A stretch of DNA of 64,000 nt from Camelus dromedarius (taxonomy: Eukaryota): the NCBI RefSeq assembly GCF_036321535.1, contig NC_087437.1:116376001-116440000 (forward strand), written 5' to 3'. The notes under the pieces were generated by a model. The model was not told the DNA's origin. It did not search any database and saw only the letters and a list, made by a program, of their open reading frames with translations. The position numbers were made by a program, and so were the translations under genes. Each line of letters begins with the position of its first letter. The first letter of the stretch is position 1. Shown here piece after piece: positions 51,900 to 64,000 of the stretch.

Positions 51900-53260
51900 G
51901 GGGAAGTGCTCAAAAAAGAAAGTAGAAAGAGGCAGACACATGTCAAAGGACAGAGGAACCAGTGCACTCACAACGAAGAGGCAGAGAGAGAGAGAGAAGG
52001 TGGGGGAGGGGAGGGCTCCCCACGCCAGAGCCTGAACAAGTTCGGCAACAAAATAAATAATGAGAGACTGGATTATAACTCAAAGAATAAGATAAACATC
52101 CAATGCCTACTATACTGATGTAAACAAGGGACGGAATTAAGTGAGTAAGTGGGAAGAAAGGGAGAACTCTTCTTCCCAGAAGAGCCCCAAATACTAAACG
52201 CAGGAGGAGTAAGGGAAGCAGAAAATCCGCCTCGGAGCCCCACAGTCCTAAGTGCTGTGGACCAGGTATGCGGATGGGCGCTCAAACTAGTGGGCGATAC
52301 ATTTAAAGAGAAATAAGATGTTCGAATGCCCTCAAATGATCTCCTTCAAAAGATTTACTAGTAATGGTTGTTATGTTAACATATGCACCCTCCCAAATCT
52401 GTGATATCTCCGCCTCCAGGAGATAAAGCTTCATTCTCCTCCCCTTGAGGGGGGGCTGCACTTAGTAACTTGCTTCCAAGGAATCAGGCATGTAAAGGGG
52501 GAAAGCAGTGCCCTGTGGTGGAGGAAACTGGCCGACACCACCTTCGCCGTGCCATCCAGGTCAACACCACCAGCGAGAAGACACAGTGATGTCGTGAGCC
52601 ACCTGCTCTGAGGCGACGAGAAGGACGCGTCACCTCTGCAGTATCTTCCTCCCGACAATCTCCAACCTCTGCCTCGGCATGACAATCCCCACGTGAGGGA
52701 CGGTACTCTTCACAAATGTCAAGGTCATGAAGGACAAGGAAAGAACATAAAACTGTCTCAGACTGGGGGAGACTAGGGCGTTCTGCCGAGGAAACGCACT
52801 GAGCCCCCAAGATCAGAGCCTGGACATCAGGGGAAACTGGGAGGATTTGGATAAAGTGTGGGGTTCCTTTGAAAGGAGGAGGTGGCAAATGTTTTACCTA
52901 TAAAGAGCCAGAGAGTCAATGTTTTTCTCTCTGTAGGCCATGCGCTCAACTCTGAAACTACTTACCCCCATCACTGGAGTGCAAAAGTGGTCAGAGACAA
53001 CACGGAGGTGAATGGGCGTGGCCACATGCCAATAAAACGTACCTGCAACAGGAGGCAGTGGGCTGGACCTGGCATGTGAGCCGAGTTTCCCGACCCCTGG
53101 ACGATACCATCGCACCGATGTTAATTTCCTAGTTTGACCACTGTACCCGGGTTATGGAAGACGCTAACATGGGGGAAGCTGGGTGAAGGGGATATGAGAA
53201 CTCTCTGTACTATCTTTACAACTCTTCTGTAAATTTAAATTTATCTCAGGTTTTTTTAAA
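51900..53260 (+). mobile_element. Old L1 3' region (L1MC/MD-like), interrupted by MER58A
   Basis: ccccttgag...cttagtaacttgcttccaag, and a terminal gggggaagctgggtgaagggga...gaactctctgtactatctttacaact. Confidence 0.75.
52877..53099. mobile_element. MER58A (hAT-Charlie)
   Basis: ggtggcaaatgttttacctataaagagccaga...aatgggcgtggc...ccaataaaac...gtttcccgacccctg. Confidence 0.8.
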
Positions 53261-55744
53261 TAAACTAGAAATAATTTGGGGATTCTGTGCCATTTTTAGA
53301 TGGTCTTTGTTACCCCTACTCTGTACCTTTTTACCCTGGTGATTACATTTATTCCAGAAGTGGTGGTATCTCATGTGACAATCATGGCCAATGCCATGAA
53401 CTCCCCTGTGTCCGCTCTGCACAGAATGAGGGACCACAGGCTCAGGAAATCACATGAGCATCAGAAGCCATAGCAGTGGACATACTTTCTGAAATGAGGC
53501 TAAACTTCAGGACAGATCCCCAAAGGGGTCTGACAGGGGTGACTTTGGGCAGTGGTAGCCCCAGCTCATTAAAATGGCTGGACAGATCCCACTGACACAG
53601 AGGTCATGGTGCCCTTTTCAAGAACGCAGAATAGCAAACTGAACGTGCTCCCCGTCTCCCACTCCAAACCCCTTTTAATAAAGATGAGAAAGTGCCTGGC
53701 CATCGCAGAACAGCCAGGACCGGAATTCATACCTCTGGGCGCCCCTCCTTCTGTAATGTTGGTATTAAAACCACCCTAGAGTCATGAGACTCTTTCTCCA
53801 AGCACGTTCGTAGGCAGGACTGGAGTGAATAAAGCAAGCTGCCTCACAGCGAAGTGACGCTGGGGCCGGGCCCTGGAGGAGGGGAGGGCTTTGCCGGCAC
53901 ACATGAGCAGAGCCCGAAACTCCCCACCACTCTGGAGACCCCTAAACATGGCCCCAGGGTAGCAGGTGGCAGGACACAGAGGGTCCCTGGGCTGAGACTC
54001 GAATGGACCCGACTGCCCCGCTGAGCCGCAAGGGCATTGTTACCAGCGCTAGGGAGCTGGAAAAGCTCTGCAGGTGAGTGGCCAAGTCTGTGCTTCAGAA
54101 AGATGGGCTGGTCAGATCCTGTGGGCCCACATGCCAAGGCTCTGGAAATAGGGGCAGGAGAGGGAAGGACTGAGGTCCTGACCCCAGGGCTTTAACTGCA
54201 GCCATTTCAGGGGGACTCTGAACCCGGGGTCTCCAGAAAGATGAATTTTCTCCCTTTGCCTGCACTCCAGGCTGCTCAGGTTCGTAAGGAGGTGCTAATT
54301 GCCTCTGAAATGTAAGTTTATGACCCAGATTTCATCAGTTACAGGCGCCGTGCAATCTCCATAAATACACTCTGTACTGAGCTGAGCCATATCGAGCAAT
54401 TTCCTAAATTTGATTTCCAATCACTTCAACCCCATCTTGACATCACTCACACCCTGTCCAGGCAGGAGAGTGCTTTAGTAAACCCCTTCGTTCATTTTGT
54501 TCAGCTTTTTATTGTTCTTTGAGACACTGAGCCTATGTTTTGATATTAACATGATCCTACATTTAATTCCATACATAAAACTGTTATTTTTTTGAGGAAT
54601 ACTTTAAATAAGAAAACAATTATTTTCGATACCAGGGAGTGGTGAAATTGTAATGCTCAAACTTAATCCTATCTTGACGATTGATAAACTGACTCATGCT
54701 TGGGAGTCAAAAATTATGAAGCACACTAACGTCAAGGAGGAAATAGCCTTCACTTTGTGGCGAAGAGAAAATCGTCAAAGTGGGTAAGGCATTTGGAATT
54801 TGGGGAGACTTATTTTGTGAAATAAAGTTGTACATACGGTACATATATTATTTTAAAGTTCATTTATGTTCTTTCTACGTATGTAAAGTGGGTGAGTTTG
54901 GAACTAAACAGGTAGAAATATTTTATATACACGTATATAACATCAAAGAAGGAAAGAAGTTGGAAAAATGAACCAAGCGATTTTTTTCCCTCAGATTGGC
55001 GTGAGAGTGAGGCTAAAGGAAAAGAGTCAAAAGTTGACTCATGAGTAAATCTATCTCTGAAGGAGTTTTTCCTTCCCTTAACAGCAGAGAAATCCGGGTG
55101 GGGCGATTCTCGCCGATGGATGAGTCACCAGTGGAGTAACTGTAAGAGGTAAGACCCATGGTTGGTCCTGGAATCCACTGCCCAAAATGGTCATGCCTGA
55201 GAATTTCCTGTCAGTCCTCTCAGCACCACCCTCCTTGAGGCAGTCACGGCTTGAGTATTCCTTAGAAGAATTCTCGAACAGGGAAACGAAGAATTCCTCG
55301 GTAGGAAAGCCGAGAAATCAGGCAGCCCACGCAGACTGGAATCCATTCAGTGCAACCTTCACAGGTGTTCAGCGACGGCAGAGTCGGCATGCTGGCCGAG
55401 CATCCCTGGCTTTACCATCTTCTGTTGGTCTCAGGTGACCTCCAGCATCAGAGCCTGATGGGTCCCCAGGGCCCCGCCTTCTGCCCCTCAAGGCCACCAT
55501 GGGCTCAAAAGAGACACAACATCAGCAACTCAGACCTCCATCCTGCCTGTCTTCTCTTCTGCTTTTTCACCCTGAAAACCATGTGCCTCTTGTGGATTTA
55601 AAAAAAAATCTCTTTAAGCCACATGATGGTTTGTGGGACAGATAAAGCACGTATTCTTCAAAGACCACTGAAAACCATGAGATTCCTGCCTGTGTGGACA
55701 GTGGTCACTACATATCCCTTATTTTCAGAATTAAAAAAACAAGG

Positions 55745-55903
55745 TGTTTAGATTAAAAAAAAGGTTTCTTCTGTATAGCACAGGGAACTGTATTCAGCAT
55801 CTTGTAATGAAAACGAATATATGTATGTATATGCATGACTGGGACATTGTGCTGCACACCAGAAACTTACACAATGTAACTGACTGTACTTCAATTAAAA
55901 AAT
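55745..55903 (+). mobile_element. L1 3' end
   Basis: ctgtatagcacagggaactgtattca...gtgctgcacaccagaaa...tgactgtacttcaattaaaaaa. Confidence 0.85.
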
Positions 55904-56189
55904 TACACTATGTTACTATTAAAGACATACTGTTAACATTAAAGAACTTACATTACTCAACAACAAAAAAAAATACTGAAATGAAAAAATTATCTCACCT
56001 GGTTTTTTTTTTCTTGAGAAAATCTTGTGACAAGAAGTCTTCAATCAACAAAAATATCTCTAGACTTAATGATAATTTATGCCGCCTTTTCGTAGTGAAA
56101 TGAGCAGTGCTAAATAAGGGAGCCATTATAGACAATACAGGGTCTTCGTAACAAAAACTTTAATGACGCGATCACAATGTGACTCTCGC

Positions 56190-56390
56190 TGTAACAAGTG
56201 CCTGTGTGAGTTCCTGCATCTACACTGCATGTTAATCTTTTAAAGTGGGAGCTACCATCGCCTCATTTTAAAGATGTGGAAACAGAGGGTCAGCAGTTAA
56301 ATGAGTTGCCTGGAGCGCACTGCCAATGAACAACAGAATTCTAACCCCCAGCTGCCTGACTCCCAAGGGCGCGTGCTTAACCACTGAACA
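56190..56390. mobile_element. MIR remnant
   Basis: cctcattttaaagatgtggaaacagagggtcag...ttaaatgagttgcc...cttaaccact. Confidence 0.7.
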
Positions 56391-58139
56391 CGTTGCATGG
56401 AATAATCTGGAATTGAAAAAGCTGCAAAGGCACTTGGAAATGTAAGAAAAGGGGGGAATACTGAAAACTAGCCCAGCCAGTGAAAAAGGGCAATGTAACC
56501 AAGATGGGATGTAAGAAGAAGAAAAGGAAACCTACATAATGTAACTTCCTCCAGGCTGTCTACCCCGGGCTCCTGGAAATGGTACCCAATGCCAAGGCAC
56601 TCCAGTCTTTTCACATCTATCAGAGAGGGAAACTGACCACAAGTGACGCAGGTGGACCTCTTCATCCAGTAGGATGTTCTTCTTACCACTTCCTCTGAGA
56701 AATGAGTTTACACGAGGCCATGATGCCCACCGCCTGCAGCCCAGTCTCTCTCCCCTCCAGCTGCATAAGCGCAGTGGCTGCCCTCAGACACCCAAGCCGG
56801 TCCCTGCCTCAGGGCCTTTGCTCTTGCTGCTCCGCTCGGCCCACAACACTCTTCCACGGGACACCCGACCCCTGTCCTCACACCTCCTTGGGGGGTCCGC
56901 CTGACAGCCTGCCCCAACCACCTAGTCTAGATAGAGCCCGTCTCTCTCCTGTTTGATACCCACATGTCCCACCTCCCAATGTACCATCACTGCTGCGCTG
57001 TGCTCTCTGTCAGACCTCCCCATCCCCATGAGCCTGAGAGCGCCACGTGAGCCTGTCCATCCCCCTTCACGTACCCCCAGCGCCCATGGCCACGATGGGT
57101 GCCCAACAGCTCACTGATGAGTGGATTCTCACAAGCCAAACCCCAAAGGGATGAGATGACGTTGCTCTTGGGAAATTTTCTCAAAATAAACCAAAGTAGT
57201 GAAGCCACTTGTCATCAAATAAAGACAAATCTGCCTCCTGTTTTTAGGCAAATATTTGAAGATGGTATCTCTGAAATCTCAGAAATCAAACTGAAATGTG
57301 CACAGGAATTAAATAAAGTGTCTCCCGTCACAGAATTCCAGGTGGACGGCAGCAAAGAGAGCTCCTCATAGCTAAGGTGGGGGCCTTAAGAATGAAGATC
57401 CGATCATAGTCCAGTTGTTTTTACATCCTCAGCAGCAAACAGAGCCCGAAGTGTCACTCTGCATCCGGGAGCAGGGTCCTGCCCCGCAGCAGCACACTGG
57501 CTTTGCGCCTTTTCACGGGAGCGCTGGTGTAAGGGGTCTGATTGTCCCCACTGTTTATGAGCCTCGGCCTTCGTAACACCCCCGAAATGTGTTCTCCTAA
57601 AGATGTTCCCTGAGATATGACACTGCTCTGCATTGTTTCCCTGCATACCACCATGAATATCCCAGAGTAATCACCCTTCTTTTAACGGCCGATGACAGCT
57701 CCAATGGCTGGGCAAAAATCAGTTGAAGGAAAGGGAAGTCTTGTCGGAAATGAGATTAATCTTGTAACGAGTGTTCAGCCCTGATAACCCATCTGGGCAC
57801 ACAACTGCTTAAACTGGAGAGCAATTAACCTTCACCCGACAAGCTCTGTCCAACCGTTATAAACATTAAAGAGACAGGATCCTTCCCCCCTCCTTGTAGA
57901 CTAAACAACCAGATTTGAACTCCACGTAAACGGCCTCTTTCTGCAGATGTGCAGTGATGACAAAGTCCTGGGGGCAGGTGGGTCACGGCTGGGCTGATAA
58001 CTCAGGTAACTTGGGCCTCGGTTTGAGCAAGTTATTAGCATGAAAAATCACTTGGGGCATTTTTAAATAAAATCACTAGCTTTAAGGGAGCTGGACACGT
58101 GGAAACGCATGTCTGCTGGTAGAAACACAAACTTAGTGT

Positions 58140-58292
58140 TTTTTTCCTTTTATGTTTCTTTTGTTTTGTTTTATTTTGGGGAGAGATGATTAAGTTTATT
58201 TACTGATTTATTTTAATGGCAGTACTGGGGATGGAACTCAGGACCTCATGCATGCCAAGCACGCACTCTACCACTGAGCTACACCCTCCCCC
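58140..58292 (-). mobile_element. tRNA-derived SINE, Vic-1-like (camelid)
   Basis: Reverse complement GGGGAGGGTGTAGCTCAGTGGTAGAGTGCGTGCTTGGCATGCATGAGGTCCTGAGTTCCATCCCCAGTACTGCCATTAAAA. A box TAGCTCAGTGG, degenerate B box GAGTTCCATCC, A-rich tail. Confidence 0.85.
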
Positions 58293-59944
58293 ATCCTCTT
58301 CTATTTCTTTTGTCCAACAGGAGGGACACCTGCCCCGAGCTGGCCCCTCGCTTGCACTCTATGCCTCTCTTCCAACCACGATGGCATGTGCATCAGTGAC
58401 GCAGCTTGTGGTCACAGAAGGGATTTTTTTTTTTTTAATCTCTGAGAAGTTATTAGCTTCCAGGGGGAGAAAACCTGTGATCTTGCCTTTATCAGCATGT
58501 GCTGTAACCAATTGAGCTAACCAAGCTGGCGCACCTAAAATACCGAGTGGTTAGGAAATCTGCTACCTACGGTTGAAAATAACTTTGACAACACTGAAGA
58601 GGAATCTCTGAGGCCATCTGACGTCTCACTCAGGCAATAGCTTTCTTTAGCATCAGTTTACACTGAGTCACTAGGTTGTTTATTTGCAGGATATCAACAA
58701 TAAATCGGTAAAGGCTAAGAGCCCTGAAAGCTTAGAACTGGCTAAAAAACCCAGGTGGGTGCAAAATATACCCCACGTACAGCATTTCAACAAGAAAAAT
58801 ATTTAAGTCCATATACAAAGTACTATGAGGGGCAGATATTCTGCATGACTAACCTGTCTGCTGGTGTGACTGTAACTCAGATTTTTAAAAATAAGAAGAA
58901 AAGAATAAAAGGGAGGGAAAACATTCATTTAGCTTGTTCTAAGCAAATCCACTCTCCCGAGATTTTAATCTAGACTTGATGATGACCAAAGACAGCCCCC
59001 TCAAACAGTCCATCCTAACATTACGTCTTATCTCTCCTTTGAACCTAGCTGCTCGTCTTCCCATGGATAAGTCACGATGTGCGAGGCCTCGGCGGGGGGA
59101 GGGAGGGGTGTCTGCGGGGCCACAGCAGGGCTGAGTCTCCATGGAGTGTATCTCCTGTGCTGTCTCTGGACTGGCCTCTAGAAACAGCATGAGACAGTGT
59201 CACAGCAGAGGGCACATGTCACATGGGGAGGTGTTACTGCAAAAGGACAGGCTACCCCCGCCTCGAGGTCTTGCTTCCAGGGTGTGCACTTATTTGCTTC
59301 ACACGTGCCTTCTCCTGCCATCCGTGGGTAAGAACATCCTTACCCCCGGGAGCGGGAGCTGCGAGAGGAGAGCACGTGGACTGACTCCCTCGTCACGGAG
59401 AACAGACCATGTCTGCATTTGCCGCCCAGCTGATGCTAGGAAGGGGTTCCACTGGTCCGGTTCTCCCAGTCACCCTGGGAGCTTTCGGTGTCTTAGCCTA
59501 AGACCAGGTGGAGATGAGCTCTAGCCCAACTTTTCATCCCAGAGTGACCATCATGTGTACTTGAAGTTGACAAGGACATGCACAAATGTGACCAAAGCCC
59601 CTGACTGGGTCAATTCAAATTGGCATTTCTTTCCCAAGAAAATCTTGCAGAGCCTTCATCATCCGTGATAAGACAAAGTTCAATTTTTTTTTAACTTAGG
59701 GTCAGATCCTTTTCACAAGACATAAGAGCAGAATGTTTAGGGGCCGTTCGTGTTTCTGGTTCCAAATCCTCCATGTATTATAACCTCTGCAGATAGTACA
59801 GCCAGAAGACAAAAACGGAACCTTCAGGCCAGATGGTAATGCAGTTTATGAGGTCATTTTATGCCTCAGGAGCGTGCAGGTTCAACTCAAAGAGGTGATG
59901 AAAAAGGGCACGTGAATCACTGTTTTATAGGATGTAAACGGCAC

Positions 59945-59985
59945 ACTCACCCATCAGTCTAGACTCACCCATCAGTCTAGACTCA
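59945..59985. repeat. Perfect 18-bp tandem duplication (actcacccatcagtctag x2.3)
   Basis: Units at 59945-59962 and 59963-59980, partial unit at 59981-59985. Confidence 0.95.
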
Positions 59986-59989
59986 TCTC

Positions 59990-60275
59990 ACAAGATGAGA
60001 TCATACTAGGTTAGCGCAGACCCTAAATCTGAAAGCATCCTTCTAAGAGACCAGAAAGGACAGAGACTCAGAGACAAAGGTGATGTGAAGACAGCAGATG
60101 TAAAGGTGATGCAGAGACATGCAGAGACGCAGGTGCTGCAGCTCCAGTCTAAGGCAAGGGTTGCAGGCAACCCCTCAGAGCCGGGAGACAGGATGCGGGT
60201 GACCGGCTGCTTAAGTCCCCACGTGACTCTGAGGAGCCGGCTCGGGCTGCCCTAACCTTGTTGCAGTTCTCGACA
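59990..60275 (+). mobile_element. MLT1 LTR fragment (copy A)
   Basis: agatgagatcatactagg...ccctaaatc...gatgtgaagaca. Confidence 0.7.
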
Positions 60276-60649
60276 CGCACGGCGCAAAACGATGAGATAA
60301 GGGCAACCACAGCATCAGCCTCAATATCTTGTGAAACCGAACGGTTGCAGAGTAAACACTTTGCCTTACAGTGATTTTTAGTTTTGATCGCCATCCTGCA
60401 CTTAACGATGTAATGGCTGACATTCAGGCTGTGAAGCTGTGTATTTTTTTCCAGTGAAACAAATCGTATTGACGAATTCCAAAATGGTATTGACACGTGA
60501 GTGATTTCTACCTAAGCATGAAGGTAAGAAGCCCAGCCCTGGCACTTCAGTCGTTAGCATTTATCACTGAGACGTACCTGCTCTTCTCAGCGGCAAGCAA
60601 CATGTGGAGGGGAAGCTGCACCTTGAAACCTGCTCTGTCTCCTTCCTGC

Positions 60650-61047
60650 CTGAAGGGTGGCCCCCAAGCCCACCTGGAACCTCGGAAGGGGACCTTATTT
60701 GAAAATGGGGCTTTTGCAGGTGTAACTAGGGTGAGGACTGAGATGAGGTTGTACTAGGTTAGCGCAGACCCTAAATCTGAGAGCATCCTCATCAGAGACC
60801 AAAAAGGACAGAGACTCGGAGAAAAGGTGACATGAAGACAGATGCAGAGATGGAAGTGATGTGGCTACAATCTGAGAGAAGCAAGGATTTAGGCAACCAC
60901 TTGAAGGTGGGAGAGGGGTCTGGAGTGGTTCTCTCAGAGCCTCCAGAACCAGTCCTGTGACACCTGGATTTTGGACTTCAGGCCTCCTAAACTCTGAGAG
61001 AATACATCTCTAGTTTGAAGCCCCACAACTCTAGGGGACTAATCCAC
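60650..61047 (+). mobile_element. MLT1 LTR (copy B, MLT1B/C-like)
   Basis: gaccttatttgaaaatggggcttttgcaggtgtaa...gacacctggattttggacttcaggcctcc. Confidence 0.8.
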
Positions 61048-61602
61048 TACCTGCGGGTGCTGTTTTTAACAACAAATTTGTCACTTCAGAGCATTGTGTA
61101 GCCCACTATTTGCCTTACAGTCAGTACAGTTTCCACAAGAGCTTGAGCTGACGCCCGGGCTACAGCAACCAGAGAGCCTGAATCTTTCAGAGTAACTCTA
61201 ATTTTGTAAAACTTTTCACGTAAACACCTTTGTCTAATCACGCCCTGATTTTTCTGCTTAGGAAAATGTGTCTCTTGTACCACTGAGGGAAAAACGTCTG
61301 TTCGGATTCTAATGAAAGTCATCATCAGGTGGGAAGGTATTTCACCAAACATCTTTAAATCTCTCAATATTTGTTTGAAAAGAATGTTAGAAGTTAAAGA
61401 GAAAAAAAGAAAAATAGCCAATGGGAATTAAATCCTAATTTCTTTAGGATGTTTTTCCAAGCAACACTTGTGGAGAAATTGGTCAAATTATGATTGTGTC
61501 ATGTGTGTATTTTCCTCAACAAAATCCTAGTTCTCTTAAGAGTGCCTTTTAATTATCCTAAAGATAATTAAGTTTCCTGATCCAAAGGATAATTGGGCTG
61601 AA

Positions 61603-62105
61603 GAAGTTATAGTATACATATACAATGGAATACTACTCAGCCAGAAAAAAGAATAAAATGTCATTTGCAGCAACATGGATGGACCTGGAGATCATCATAC
61701 TAAGTGATGTAAGCCCAGAAAGAGAAAGAAAAATACAATATGATACCACTTATATGTGGAATCTAGGGAAAAAAAAGACACAAATGAGCTTATTTACAAA
61801 ACAGACAGACTCACAGACATAGACAACAAATTTATGGTTACCAGAGGGGAAGAGAGAGGAAAGATAAATTGGGAGTTCAAGATTTGTAGATACTAACTAC
61901 TATATATAAAACAGATAAACAACCAGGTCCTACTGTAGAGCACAGGGAGCTATATTCAATACCTTATAATGGCCTATAATGAAAAGAATATGAAAAGGTG
62001 TGTATATATATACACATACACACACATATACATATATCTGAATCTCTGTGCTATACACCAGAAATTAACACATTGCAAAATTCAATAAAAAAATGAAAAA
62101 TAATT
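61603..62105 (+). mobile_element. 5'-truncated L1 (ORF2 C-terminus plus 3'UTR) with 16-19-bp TSD
   Basis: Encodes MEYYSARKKNKMSFAATWMDLEIIILS (L1 ORF2 end). TSD aaaggataattgggctgaa (61584-61602) and aaaggataattgggttgaa (62110-62128). Confidence 0.92.
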
Positions 62106-64000
62106 TTCAAAAGGATAATTGGGTTGAAAAACACTGGACTCCTCAATGACCAATTTTATTCCAACTTTTGACTCCCAGATAAACATTGCTTCCTCCTCTT
62201 CAACCCCTTAAAAACTGGATTGCAGTGTTTACTAGGAGAGGACCCAAGTCCGACCTCTTCTAATCACATATTCTGCTGAAGACGTGCTTCCCTCGGGGAA
62301 AGACTCTGAGGCACATTTGGTCATTTATTCTTGTGTCCGTTCATTCAGCAAATACGTGTGAGCCGCACTTTATGCTCTAGGTGCTGGAGAAATAACAGTG
62401 AGCCAAACTCTTAAATTACTAGATTGAAAAATTATTAGGTTGGTGCTTCATTTAAAAAAAATCTTACAAAAGAGAACCAAATTCTGTAGGTTTTATTTAA
62501 GATGACATTTTCCTTGGCTTATACATAGTACTTTGACCAGTAAAGCTTATTAAGTTAATAATACATTCACTAAACTTAAGATTTCGGTAGGGAACCTAAT
62601 TTTATGATCTGGCTTAGATAAGTTGGTTGTTCAGGTCGACCTTTCTCATAAAGCAGATTACCTTGCAATTACATATACGGAACTTAGCTATTTCTGAAAA
62701 TGCTCTCCCACGTCATATCCACTGCAGATGTCATTTATAAACTAATTACAGCACTGGAAGAGCTGCCTGGCTCACCAGTGAACATGGAAACCCTCAGTGT
62801 GAACCAGTCCCTTGGATATCAGCAGACGTGTAGAAGAGATCACGTTACAGCTTCACTGAAATTTCTAAGGAGCGAGTGCAGTAACCAAAGAGGGGAAAGA
62901 AATGGTGCCCCCCGTAATCCATTAAACATGACCTTCACTCCGTGGTGCCCAGGAGGACCTTCTGCATAGTGGGTTGTTACAGCTGAACATTTAATGACCC
63001 ACTGCACACCTTGGATAAATACTTGCAGGTGTCCTCACTCAGTCAAAGCGAAACTGCTGCTTGGTTTTGCCTCATCTGGACAAGTGGCAGGTAACGACAT
63101 GCAGGCTCTGAGAACTGCATCTCTGCTTTTACCTTGCAGATGGAAGCGTCTCCATCCATGGCCCCAGCACAGACACATGCATTTCTCGGGCATGTGCTCA
63201 CAAATGTTCAAAAACCCCAGTAGGTGCTGGGCAGCCTCATGGTCATCCCAGCTTCCCAAGCACAGCTGGGTTCTTTAGGACACATAATGCCTTCAGATGA
63301 GATACAGGGGCACCCAAGATGTTAGTCCCCAGACATAGGGAGAATTCTGTCTTCTGATCAACACGTACAACTTCTCTCCTAACCTCTAGGGGGCAAAAAA
63401 CATACTGCTTTGCATACAAGAAGTCAATAGTCACTCACTGAATGAAATGAAATAGTTCTCCATGACGCCATCAGGTACCACCTCAGTAATTAATGCACGC
63501 ATTCATGCATTTATCACCCAGGCAGATATTCATTTACTGAATAGACGTTTACTAAAGGCCGGCTGCTTACCAGGTGTGGTCAGCACAGATAAACGATTAC
63601 ATGATGACAGCCATGTGACTTCAGCATAAAGTGGTGAACTTTAACAAGCAGTGCTTTGAGAGTTTCTGGTCTTCAGTGGGTTTCACAGATTCCTAGTCAT
63701 AGACATTAACTAGCAATAGGATAATCCATGTGGTTCAAATTAACACTTGATGCCTTCCGCATGAGGACCCCTCCAGAGACCAGCTGTGACCCCCCACTGC
63801 AGGAACGCATTCATTTACTCATTCATTCACTCATTCACTGGCACAGACCTGGGAAAAGGCTGGCGAGGAGACAGTGAGCGTCTTGCAGCCCTCCCTCCAC
63901 CTTGGTTTTCTTTTGGGATCCTCAAAACTATTGGTTCTCTGGGCTCATAAAAATGCAGCTGAGCTCAGCTGCTGAAAGTTTGGTTAACGTGTTGCGTGAA

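Larger units (their letters stand above)
1..64000 (-). other. ERG: Window lies within the ERG transcription unit; flanking exons are outside the window
   Basis: Neither the MASTIK first coding exon nor the DPTLWSTDHV exon was found, and ERG is known to have long introns at both positions. Confidence 0.85.

Noticed and set aside
55903..55975. Possible L1 3' transduction ending in a second A-run
   Set aside because: No TSD enclosing both parts could be found.
58220..58292. tRNA-Ala-like gene
   Set aside because: Degenerate B box, poor acceptor stem and an A-rich tail identify it as a SINE head.
61625..61822. ORF with L1 ORF2 similarity as an active gene
   Set aside because: Only the C-terminal remnant of a 5'-truncated L1.
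1..64000. CRISPR arrays, operons, intact transposase or retroviral ORFs, processed pseudogenes
   Set aside because: Eukaryotic intron. No regularly spaced repeats, no long coding ORFs and no recognisable retrocopy were seen.

Overview
Mammalian genomic DNA, most likely a camelid: it carries a tRNA-derived SINE resembling Vic-1 and artiodactyl-type L1 3' ends. The whole window appears to lie inside the ETS transcription factor gene ERG on the minus strand. Two coding exons are present: 29512-29295 (218 bp) and 13071-12920 (152 bp). Both have canonical AG/GT splice sites and are separated by a 16,223-bp intron. The ATG-containing exon (above 64000) and the PNT-domain exon (below 1) were not found. 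The rest is intron filled with old and lineage-specific repeats (L1, L2, MIR, MLT1/MLT2 LTRs, hAT-Charlie elements, microsatellites), and almost all other ORFs in the track are spurious. I found no evidence of a new multi-gene system. The strongest leads are: (1) the ERG SPOP degron reads ASSSG instead of the human ASSSS; (2) a compact antisense promoter-like motif cluster and a consensus cryptic donor near 41.4 kb; (3) several retrotransposition or recombination scars, including a 5'-inverted L1, a 3'-truncated L1 with target-site duplications (TSDs) and an apparent gene-conversion tract between two MLT1 LTRs; (4) candidate ETS/GATA/E-box/AP-1 enhancer clusters. Human comparisons and repeat family names are from memory and need confirming by alignment.
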